This document shows, one piece after another, positions 29,389 through 39,024 of a stretch of DNA of 64,000 nt (the first letter of the stretch is position 1; every line of letters starts with the position of its first letter). The notes beneath the pieces are model-generated. The model made no database searches. It was given only the letters and a program-made list of their open reading frames with translations, and was not told where the DNA came from. The stretch is from Candidatus Planktophila sp. (GTDB lineage Bacteria; Actinomycetota; Actinomycetes; Nanopelagicales; Nanopelagicaceae), in contig JASJLO010000021.1 of the NCBI GenBank assembly GCA_037620605.1, positions 48,415 to 112,414 of the forward strand. The letters run 5' to 3'. Position numbers and translations under genes: made by a program.

Positions 29389-30357
29389 TTACTTACTCAC
29401 TCGGATCGGCTCTAGCCCACGGGCAATCTGACGCTCAAAATGAACTTCTCTCTTGTCATTAAAGGTAGCCGCATCCTGTGCGGCGGTCCCCATGAATTTC
29501 TCTAACTCATCGCGCGCTACGAGGCCGTCTCCAGATAAATCATTTCGCTCAAATACGTTCCAGGCACGAAGCACAGGCGAGATAACATCATCTAAGTGTT
29601 GCTGCAGATCGTAGATTCCAGCTAGCGCTATCTGCACCGCTTTACGGCCAAAGCCCGGCATATTAGCCCCAGGCATATCAAAATTAGAAACAACATCGGC
29701 AATGGCTCGCATGGATGCATTGGGCTCCATATCTAGCGCCGCAGATAGAGTATTTCTATAGAAGAGCATATGAAGATTTTCATCTAAAGCCACTCGCTGC
29801 ATCATGCCTTCAGCAATAGGATCGTTAGAAATTTTGCCAGTATTACGATGGGAGATACGCGTGGCTAGCTCTTGGAAGGAGACATAGGCAATTGTGTGCA
29901 ACATATCGTTCTCATACGGAGTTTGATAACCGAGTGACATATGCGCCATTCGCAAATCCTCTAATTCATAAGGATCGACTCCGCGTGTAGCCATTAAGTA
30001 ATCACGAATCACAATCGCATGGCGCGCTTCTTCAGCGGTCCAGCGCTCTATCCAATTGCCCCAGGCACCATCTCGTCCCATAGATATTGCGATCTCGGTG
30101 TGATAGCTCGGCAAATTATCTTCAGTTAGTAAATTTAAAATTAAGGAATCCTGCGCCACTGGGGTAAGGCGCGAATCTTTGGCCTCCCAAGCATCGCCAT
30201 TTAGTGGGCCAGCATAATCACGACCCTCAGACCAAGGGACATATTCATGGGGATACCAGTTCTTTTGTACAGAAAGGTGGCGATCTAGCTCTACCGCCAC
30301 AACTGGTTCAAGATCCTTTATCAATCGTGACTGGATCTGGGCAGACTCTTCGCTCAT
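29389..30357 (-). CDS. Soluble acyl-ACP desaturase (DesA-like di-iron desaturase)
   Basis: Di-iron ligand motifs (TEDNLPSYH, EEARHA, QELATRISH, DENLHMLFY) and NWYPHEYVPWSEGRDY. Confidence 0.85.
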   Translation of the reverse strand: MSEESAQIQSRLIKDLEPVVAVELDRHLSVQKNWYPHEYVPWSEGRDYAGPLNGDAWEAKDSRLTPVAQDSLILNLLTEDNLPSYHTEIAISMGRDGAWGNWIERWTAEEARHAIVIRDYLMATRGVDPYELEDLRMAHMSLGYQTPYENDMLHTIAYVSFQELATRISHRNTGKISNDPIAEGMMQRVALDENLHMLFYRNTLSAALDMEPNASMRAIADVVSNFDMPGANMPGFGRKAVQIALAGIYDLQQHLDDVISPVLRAWNVFERNDLSGDGLVARDELEKFMGTAAQDAATFNDKREVHFERQIARGLEPIRVSK

Positions 30358-30394
30358 GGCGCAACGTTAGAGGAAATATAAGGTTACTGGCTAG

Positions 30395-31078
30395 TTATAA
30401 ATTCTTTTTTGCGCGTTCTTCGGCTTGTTCTGCGCGCCATTTCGCTATTTCGCGATGATTTCCACTAAGCAACACCTCAGGCACAGATATTCCACGCCAG
30501 TCTTGGGGTTTAGTGAAGTTGGGATACTCTAAATATCCATCTTGATTATGCGATTCCTCGCTTAAGGATTCAGGATTTCCTAAGACACCCGGAATCAAGC
30601 GAGTAATCGCTTCGATTATTACAAGTGCTGCGACCTCGCCTCCGCCAAGCACATAATCTCCAATAGAGATTTCATGAACACATATTTCTCTTTTTTGGTA
30701 AATATCGCTCGAATAATGTTGACGCACGCGATCATCAATACCTTCATAGCGACCGCATGCAAAAATCAAATGTTCTCTCTGTGAAAATTCTTCAGCTATC
30801 GCCTGGTTAAAGCGCTTTCCGGCCGGCGTCAATATAATCAGATCTGTCTGATCGCTCATTAATGGATCAAGCGCTGCTGCCCAAATATCTGGAAGCATCA
30901 CCATGCCAGCTCCCCCGCCATATGGCGTGTCATCTACCGTATTGTGATTATCGTTTGTAAATGATCTTAAATCATGAATTTGAATATCTAATAAACCTTT
31001 ATTTTGCGCCTTTCCAAGCAGGGATAGCTGAGTAGGAGCAAAATAATCAGGAAAAATTGTTACTGCATCAATCTTCAA
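30395..31078 (-). CDS. trmD: tRNA (guanine37-N1)-methyltransferase
   Basis: MKIDAVTIFPDYF, YGGGAGMVM, CGRYEGIDDRV and SIGDYVLGGGE. Confidence 0.95.
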   Translation of the reverse strand: MKIDAVTIFPDYFAPTQLSLLGKAQNKGLLDIQIHDLRSFTNDNHNTVDDTPYGGGAGMVMLPDIWAAALDPLMSDQTDLIILTPAGKRFNQAIAEEFSQREHLIFACGRYEGIDDRVRQHYSSDIYQKREICVHEISIGDYVLGGGEVAALVIIEAITRLIPGVLGNPESLSEESHNQDGYLEYPNFTKPQDWRGISVPEVLLSGNHREIAKWRAEQAEERAKKNL

Positions 31079-31584
31079 TTTATTGCCTTTCCCTCATAAA
31101 TATCAGGAGGAATGACTGTCATTGTCTTATTCTTAATATCAACTACAGGCACTAGCTGATGCACAAAGGGTATTAATACTTCGCCAGAGTCAGTTTTGAT
31201 TGATAAAACATCTTGTCCAGGTAAATTAAGTACATCTATGACTTCACCATAGGGATCTCCGTCTACGAGGAAAGCCTGACAGCCAACCAACTGAAGTACA
31301 TGGTAATCATCATCATCGAAGCCAGGTTCATTAATATCAACTTGCGAGTAGAGCAGAACATCACGTAGCGCCTCGATAGAATTGCGATCCGATATTCCAG
31401 TAAATCCCAACAGTAAGATGCCGTTGTGCACGCGCGCAGATTCCACAATTAAACTTCCGTGAGAATCAGTCTCTAAGCACGCGCCAATAGCAAAACGCTC
31501 TTGCGCTAAGTCGGTGCGCACCTCAATTGTCGCCTCACCAAGTATTCCGTGAGCGCGACCAATGCGACCTACATTTAGGCGCAT
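31075..31584 (-). CDS. rimM: 16S rRNA processing protein RimM
   Basis: VGRIGRAHGILGE plus a PRC barrel. The ATG at 31584 avoids a 32-nt overlap with the KH gene; the track start is 31629. Confidence 0.85.
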   Translation of the reverse strand: MRLNVGRIGRAHGILGEATIEVRTDLAQERFAIGACLETDSHGSLIVESARVHNGILLLGFTGISDRNSIEALRDVLLYSQVDINEPGFDDDDYHVLQLVGCQAFLVDGDPYGEVIDVLNLPGQDVLSIKTDSGEVLIPFVHQLVPVVDIKNKTMTVIPPDIYEGKAIN

Positions 31585-31597
31585 ACCTGACAATTCT

Positions 31598-31837
31598 CTA
31601 ACGAGCCTCGTCGGTATCGATGAGATCAACGCGCACGGTACGACCCGCGATAGCGCTTACGACTGTGCGTAGCGCCTTTGCAGTTCGTCCGTTGCGCCCA
31701 ATTACCTTACCGATATCTTCGGGATTAACACGCACTTCCAAAGTGGTGCCGCGACGATGCGTCTTCTCTTTGACGATTACATCTTCAGGATTATCAACGA
31801 TCCCCTTAACGAGATGCTCTAGAGCTTCATCCATCAT
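31598..31837 (-). CDS. KH-domain RNA-binding protein (YlqC/Rv2908c-like)
   Basis: 79 aa with GKVIGRNGRTAKALRTV (GxxG KH motif), between rpsP and rimM. Confidence 0.88.
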   Translation of the reverse strand: MMDEALEHLVKGIVDNPEDVIVKEKTHRRGTTLEVRVNPEDIGKVIGRNGRTAKALRTVVSAIAGRTVRVDLIDTDEAR

Positions 31838-31838
31838 T

Positions 31839-32423
31839 TTATTGAGCAGTTTCAGATGGGGCTTCTGTTGCAGCTTCCTCGGCTACAGGAGTTTCTGCGA
31901 CAACCTCTGGAATAACTTCTACAGGCGCATCAGTTAGTGCCTGCACTTCTGCAACTTGCACATCTTCGGTGACGGCTTCAACAACTGGAGTTTCTTCAGC
32001 TACAGGGGTTGGGTTTGCTTTTGCAGCCAACTTCTCTTGCGCTTTCTTCTTCATAGTTGTTGCGCCCTCTTTAGGCTCATCGTTAGCAGCTTTTACCGCT
32101 GCTTCGTAGGCAATGCTCTTATGTGGCTTTGGAGCTGCGAACTTTAGAGTTCCTTCAGTTCCAGGAAGTCCTTTGAACTTTTGCCAATCACCAGTTACTT
32201 TAAAGATTGCCTCTACAGCAGCAGTTGGTTGTGCACCAACGCCCAACCAGTACTGCGCACGATCAGAGTTAACCTCCATAATTGATGGCTCTTGCCCTGG
32301 AACGTAGCGACCAATTTCTTCAATGGAAAGTCCGTTACGTGCTTTACGTGAATCTGTTACGACGATGCGGAAAAATGGTGTACGAATTTTACCCATGCGC
32401 ATTAAGCGAATTTTTGTAGACAA
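31839..32423 (-). CDS. rpsP: 30S ribosomal protein S16 with a long acidic Ala/Glu/Pro/Val-rich C-terminal tail
   Basis: (M)STKIRLMRMGKIRTPFFRIVV. The TTG start at 32423 lies 9 nt after AGGAG; the track start 32480 adds a non-conserved leader. Confidence 0.9.
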   Translation of the reverse strand: MSTKIRLMRMGKIRTPFFRIVVTDSRKARNGLSIEEIGRYVPGQEPSIMEVNSDRAQYWLGVGAQPTAAVEAIFKVTGDWQKFKGLPGTEGTLKFAAPKPHKSIAYEAAVKAANDEPKEGATTMKKKAQEKLAAKANPTPVAEETPVVEAVTEDVQVAEVQALTDAPVEVIPEVVAETPVAEEAATEAPSETAQ

Positions 32424-32580
32424 AGAAGTAGTGCTCCTAAAAAGTGTGTCAGAACTTAGAATGTGCAGCGGGGTGCGCACCTGCCAAGACCAACTTTGGA
32501 TATGGATGTTGCGGGGGTAGAGGGCCCCTCAACAGGAGGCTAATCTTGCCATCTCAGCGGGCAGATACGAAATTGGAGCG

Positions 32581-34053
32581 CTATTGACCTTCTTCTGCTG
32601 CTCGTTTCGCGGGGTTTCCAGATTTTGACTTCTTCTTTTTCGGGGCATCAGATACACCCGTCTTATTGGCTCCTGCGAATTGAGAGGTGCTCGGCAGCCC
32701 CATCCCCTCTTTAATTGCAGGTGGCATACCCGCAAAGGTGGCCCCGCCTTTTCTCATCTGCTTCATCATCTTCTGCGCCGCGCTAAATTTATCGACCAGC
32801 GAATTTACATCTTGTACTTTTCGTCCTGCACCGAGGGCAATACGTGCTCGCCTAGAACCATTAAGCACCTTCGGGTCTTGCCGCTCCAAAGGAGTCATCG
32901 ATTGAACTATAGATTTGGTGCGCACTATTTCAGATTCATCAAAATTTTCAATCTGCTTCTTCATCGCACCTGCACCTGGAAGCATTCCCAGTAATTTAGA
33001 CATTGATCCCATTTTAGACATTGCCTCTAACTGCTGTAAAAAGTCATCGAGAGTAAAATCATCTCCACGCGCAAACTTCTCTTCGAGCCTTGCTGAAGTA
33101 TCGTTATCAAAGGCCTTCTTCGCCTGTTCTGCAAGCGTTGCTACATCTCCCATGCCAAGAATTCGTGAAGCCATGCGATCTGGATAAAAAATATCAAAAT
33201 CTGTTAACTTCTCCCCATTTGAAGAGAACATAATCGGCTTACCAGTTACATGTGCAATTGAAAGTGCCGCACCACCTCGAGAATCTCCATCTAATTTGCT
33301 GAGTACAACTCCATCGAAGCCGACCCCTTTTAGAAAAGCTTGCGCGGTACGAACCGAATCTTGTCCCACCATCGCATCTATAACAAAGAGAATTTCATTT
33401 GGCTTTACTGCATCTCGTATATCCATTGCTTGCTTCATCAGTTCTGCATCAACGCCTAATCGGCCTGCGGTATCTACAATCACCATGCTATGTAACTTCG
33501 ATTTCGCAAATACAACTGCATCTCTGGCAACTTTTACTGGGTCACCAATTCCATTTCCTAATTCAGGAGCAAATACCGGGACGCCAATACTGTCTCCGAC
33601 GACTTGCAATTGAGTGACAGCATTTGGGCGTTGTAAATCAGAGGCAACGAGTATTGGCGTTTCGCCCTGGGCTGCATAGAATTTGGCTAGCTTGCCAGCG
33701 AGAGTAGTTTTGCCTGCGCCTTGTAGCCCAGCCAGCATAATTACTGTCGGTGGATTTTTTGAAAAACGTATACGTCGTTCCGCGCCGCCTAAAATTTCAA
33801 TTAGTTCGTTATTTACAATATCGAAAACTGCTTGTGCTTGATTAGTTCCTGATTGCCAGGTAGGAAGGGCGGTCAGGGATTTTTCGCGAATTGTTTTTAC
33901 AAAATCTTCGACCACTACCATCGCCACATCAGATTCAAGCAAGGCTGAATAAAGTTCGTTGACTATCACCTCGATATCTGAGGTGCTTAGCTTTCCTTTT
34001 GAACGAAGAGATGCGAATGCACCAGAGAACTTGCTAGATAGTGAATCAAACAT
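32581..34053 (-). CDS. ffh: Signal recognition particle protein Ffh
   Basis: NG domain (GLQGAGKTT, DTAGR, SKLDGD) plus a Met-rich M domain and a basic tail. Confidence 0.95.
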   Translation of the reverse strand: MFDSLSSKFSGAFASLRSKGKLSTSDIEVIVNELYSALLESDVAMVVVEDFVKTIREKSLTALPTWQSGTNQAQAVFDIVNNELIEILGGAERRIRFSKNPPTVIMLAGLQGAGKTTLAGKLAKFYAAQGETPILVASDLQRPNAVTQLQVVGDSIGVPVFAPELGNGIGDPVKVARDAVVFAKSKLHSMVIVDTAGRLGVDAELMKQAMDIRDAVKPNEILFVIDAMVGQDSVRTAQAFLKGVGFDGVVLSKLDGDSRGGAALSIAHVTGKPIMFSSNGEKLTDFDIFYPDRMASRILGMGDVATLAEQAKKAFDNDTSARLEEKFARGDDFTLDDFLQQLEAMSKMGSMSKLLGMLPGAGAMKKQIENFDESEIVRTKSIVQSMTPLERQDPKVLNGSRRARIALGAGRKVQDVNSLVDKFSAAQKMMKQMRKGGATFAGMPPAIKEGMGLPSTSQFAGANKTGVSDAPKKKKSKSGNPAKRAAEEGQ

Positions 34054-34064
34054 AATCGCTTATC

Positions 34065-36314
34065 CTAGGCCAGAGCACCGGTTAGTCGCTGCGCAACAGT
34101 GGCAGCTCGTTCGGGTGAAAGGCTTCCGCCACCAATCTCTGTTACATAGAGCGTATCGATTGCCTCTGCCCCTAAAGTGGTGACTATGGCAGATCTAATA
34201 TCTATTTCGCATTTAGTTACTTCATCTCCAATGGCAAAGAGGAGGGCAGGGCGATCATGGCTACGTACCTCAATAATTGTCGCATCTGTGGCAGCATCCA
34301 TAAAAGTTTCAACAATTGGTGAAGGGACAGGAATCTTAGGTAACCTCGCATAATCAGCGATCCGCTGATGAATTTTAGCCTCTAGTTTGACGGGATCTAA
34401 CATTGCCTCTGAAATCATTTGCTGCAATAGATTCTGATCCACAGTCGGAGCATATTGATTAGGCGTAACGATCCATTTCATGATTGCACTTTGACCAACA
34501 GTCTGGGTTCGTGCTGATCTGACATCGAATCGTGCCAGATTCAAAACTCCAGAAACGATTGAAAGTAAACCTGGCTTATCAGGGGCAATTATTTCAATGG
34601 CAAAATCTGGATCCCTACTTTCAAGGATTACTCGCAATCTTCCTGTCTGGGCAAAGCTAAGCTGCTCATCAGAAAATTCAGGTGCAACCGCAATCGTGTT
34701 ATCTGTTAGAGCTCCTGTCACCTTGGTTACTAAATCCTTTAGAAGGCTCTCTTTCCACTGACTCCAGGCCGCATTCCCTGTCGCTTGCCCATCGGCAATA
34801 CTTAGCGCGTGAAGGAGCTCAAGGGTTTGCAAATCAGGTATTAAAGATAAAACCGATGAAATAGTTGCTGGATCATTTAGATCACGACGAGTTGATGTTG
34901 CACTTAGCAATAGATGGTGCCTAATCAATATTTTCAAAGTTGTTACATCATCATCTGAGAAACCTATCCTTCTGGCTAACGGTTCGATTAATAGCTCACC
35001 TCGCTCGCTATGGTCTGCTTGCGTGCCTTTGCCGATATCGTGAAAAAGAGCGGCGAATAGCAATATATCTGGGCGATGTACTTTTCTTGTAAGAGCTGCA
35101 GCAAAGACAGCTGTTTCCACCTGATGGCGATCAACGGTATGGCGATGAAGAGCATTACGTTGCGGTAGCGAACGTACTGCGCGCCATTCTGGTAACCAGG
35201 CAAAGATAATCTCCTCTTGATCCAACCCTTCCCAAATCTGAACCATCGGCTGCCCCGCACCAATTAGTTGAATCAAGCTCTCACGTGCCGATCTTGGCCA
35301 AGGATTGGGCAATAATCCCAATCCTTGGTCATAGAAACTCTTTAGCCGTTTCATTGTGGTGGGTGCGATTGGAAGGCCGGCTTGCGCAGCAAATGCTGCT
35401 GTTCGAATTCCAATCACCGGATCATTTGCAATTTCAAAGCTCTCATTAATTATGACTTCCTGGCCAACCACAGAAATCCCTGGTGCCAGTGCTGTTGTAA
35501 TTGGCTTCTTTAAGAATCGCCCTAGTCCATTTTTAGCGCGATGGTTAAAACTATGCCAAGTAGTCTCCAATAAGTAATCAACTGCGCGTGCAGCTTGTGC
35601 CACAGTGCCCATTAATTCGTCCGCATCGCTAAAGCTAAGCAGCTCTGCCACTTTATCCTGCTCATGAAAAAGTAATCGATCTTTATCTTTTCCGGTAATA
35701 ATATGTAGCGTTTCTCTAACGTTCATCAAAATGGATTCAGCCTCACCTATATGCTCAAGGGCTACCGGAGTTGCACCGCTAAGTGCAATAGCGCGAAGAG
35801 CTGTTATATCTCGCAATCCGCCACGCGCCTCTTTTAAATCTGGCTCTAATAAATAGGCGAGTTCACCAGAGCGCATATGACGTTGCGAAAGTGATAACTT
35901 TAGCTCTGGCAAACGATTATGAGAATTTCGACGCCAATCATCTATTACATCATTGCGTACTGATGCCACCAAATCTGCTTCACCGCAAATAAATCGAATA
36001 TCTAGTAAACCAAGTGCGGTTCGCAGATCCTGTGCGGCGCTCTCGCGCGTCTGCCCTCGGGTGCGAACAGAGTGATCTACCTTGAAGGATTTATCCCAAA
36101 GTGGATAAAGAATTTTACTAACTAGCTCCGAGAGAGTGGCCTCATCAATACGACCGTTATGCAGAAAGAGTAGATCCAAATCAGAACCCGGAGATAGCTC
36201 GCCGCGGCCGTAACCACCGACCGCAGCGAGTGCTAATCCCGGCACATTGGTAAATAGAGAAGCTAAGAGTCGATCGCTCTCGTTAGATCGTTCTCTACGC
36301 TCTCTAGTACCCAT
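34065..36314 (-). CDS. glnD: [Protein-PII] uridylyl/adenylyl-transferase GlnD
   Basis: NTase motif GGYGRGELSPGSDLDL, an HD domain (HDIGKG) and two C-terminal ACT domains. Sits in an amt-PII-glnD cluster. Confidence 0.9.
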   Translation of the reverse strand: MGTRERRERSNESDRLLASLFTNVPGLALAAVGGYGRGELSPGSDLDLLFLHNGRIDEATLSELVSKILYPLWDKSFKVDHSVRTRGQTRESAAQDLRTALGLLDIRFICGEADLVASVRNDVIDDWRRNSHNRLPELKLSLSQRHMRSGELAYLLEPDLKEARGGLRDITALRAIALSGATPVALEHIGEAESILMNVRETLHIITGKDKDRLLFHEQDKVAELLSFSDADELMGTVAQAARAVDYLLETTWHSFNHRAKNGLGRFLKKPITTALAPGISVVGQEVIINESFEIANDPVIGIRTAAFAAQAGLPIAPTTMKRLKSFYDQGLGLLPNPWPRSARESLIQLIGAGQPMVQIWEGLDQEEIIFAWLPEWRAVRSLPQRNALHRHTVDRHQVETAVFAAALTRKVHRPDILLFAALFHDIGKGTQADHSERGELLIEPLARRIGFSDDDVTTLKILIRHHLLLSATSTRRDLNDPATISSVLSLIPDLQTLELLHALSIADGQATGNAAWSQWKESLLKDLVTKVTGALTDNTIAVAPEFSDEQLSFAQTGRLRVILESRDPDFAIEIIAPDKPGLLSIVSGVLNLARFDVRSARTQTVGQSAIMKWIVTPNQYAPTVDQNLLQQMISEAMLDPVKLEAKIHQRIADYARLPKIPVPSPIVETFMDAATDATIIEVRSHDRPALLFAIGDEVTKCEIDIRSAIVTTLGAEAIDTLYVTEIGGGSLSPERAATVAQRLTGALA

Positions 36315-36389
36315 ACCTTTATCCTACTTATCCACTCTCGATATAATTCATAAATCTGATAGTGGACAGATTTGTTGAGACCAATGTGA

Positions 36390-38020
<1,631 letters not shown>

Positions 38021-38142
38021 AGTTTTAACCTCATGTCGATTTTTACCAATTGCCTCACCGTTGAGATGGGATAACTATTACTCCTGCTCATTAAATCGCC
38101 TCGCTTCCCACGTTAAGACGGGGTCACAAAAAGCGCTCAGTT

Positions 38143-38158
38143 GTTACAGATTTGTTAC
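38143..38158 (-). promoter_or_regulatory. GlnR-box-like direct repeat GTAAC-N6-GTAAC upstream of amt
   Basis: Minus strand reads GTAACAAATCTGTAAC, 123-138 nt upstream of the amt ATG. It resembles the actinobacterial GlnR a/b site gTnAc-n6-GaAAc. The core 11-mer recurs upstream of glnD. Confidence 0.35.
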
Positions 38159-38168
38159 GGCGCCTGAT

Positions 38169-39008
38169 TTAATCCTCAGTGAGGCTAGCTAAATAACGCT
38201 GCGCATCAAAGGGTGCAAAATTATCAATACCCTCACCGGTTCCAACGAATTTTATGGGGATATCTAGCGAGCTCTCGATAGCTAGGGCAACTCCCCCGCG
38301 CGCACTGCCATCTAACTTTGTGAGTATCAATCCAGTCACAGCTACCGCCTCCGTGAAAACTTTCGCCTGCTCTATTCCGTTTTGTCCAGTTGTCGCATCA
38401 ATGACCAGAAGTACCTCACTAATTGGCAGAGATTTTTCGATAACTCGACGCACCTTACCTAGTTCGGACATCAGATCGCTCTTATTTTGCAGCCGACCAG
38501 CTGTATCAATAATTAGAAAGTTGGCACCCCTTGCTTTAACAGTAGCTGCCGCATCAAAGGCGACGGAGGCGGGATCTGCCCCTTCTTTACCGGTAATCAC
38601 ATCTATACCAATTCTGGCACCCCAAGTCTGCAATTGATCCACCGCTGCAGCGCGAAATGTATCTGCCGCAGCGAGAATGACTCTCTGCCCATTTGCATCT
38701 AGGAATTTAGCTAATTTAGCTGCAGATGTAGTTTTACCAACGCCATTTACTCCAACGATCATGAGAGCTGAACTAGAACCATCACTGGCAATTGCGCGGT
38801 TCTTCTGCGAGAGATGTGAGTTCAAAATTTTAGATACACCAGCGCTGGCATCATCACCTTTAATAGCCTTCGCCGATTCAATAATTTTTGAGGTTAATCT
38901 AGGCCCTAAATCAGCTGCTAAAAGCTCCCTCTCAAGATCTTCCCAATCCTGTTTAGATGCAGTTGATTCACCTTTTAACTTTGCAACAAACTTACTGAAA
39001 ATTCCCAT
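38169..39008 (-). CDS. ftsY: Signal recognition particle receptor FtsY (short form: amphipathic N-terminus + NG domain, no acidic A domain)
   Basis: MGIFSKFVAKLKG followed by NG motifs (GVNGVGKTT, DTAGR, TKLDGS). Confidence 0.9.
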   Translation of the reverse strand: MGIFSKFVAKLKGESTASKQDWEDLERELLAADLGPRLTSKIIESAKAIKGDDASAGVSKILNSHLSQKNRAIASDGSSSALMIVGVNGVGKTTSAAKLAKFLDANGQRVILAAADTFRAAAVDQLQTWGARIGIDVITGKEGADPASVAFDAAATVKARGANFLIIDTAGRLQNKSDLMSELGKVRRVIEKSLPISEVLLVIDATTGQNGIEQAKVFTEAVAVTGLILTKLDGSARGGVALAIESSLDIPIKFVGTGEGIDNFAPFDAQRYLASLTED

Positions 39009-39024
39009 CTAACGAGTTGGCTAG

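Noticed and set aside
31839-32180. About 110-aa acidic Ala/Glu/Pro/Val-rich extension on ribosomal protein S16
   Set aside because: C-terminal low-complexity extensions of S16 are common in actinobacteria, so this is not evidence of a fusion or a novel domain.
38169-39008. Short (279-aa) FtsY considered as a truncated pseudogene
   Set aside because: The NG-domain motifs are intact and an amphipathic N-terminal helix is present. This is consistent with a minimal but functional receptor in a streamlined genome.
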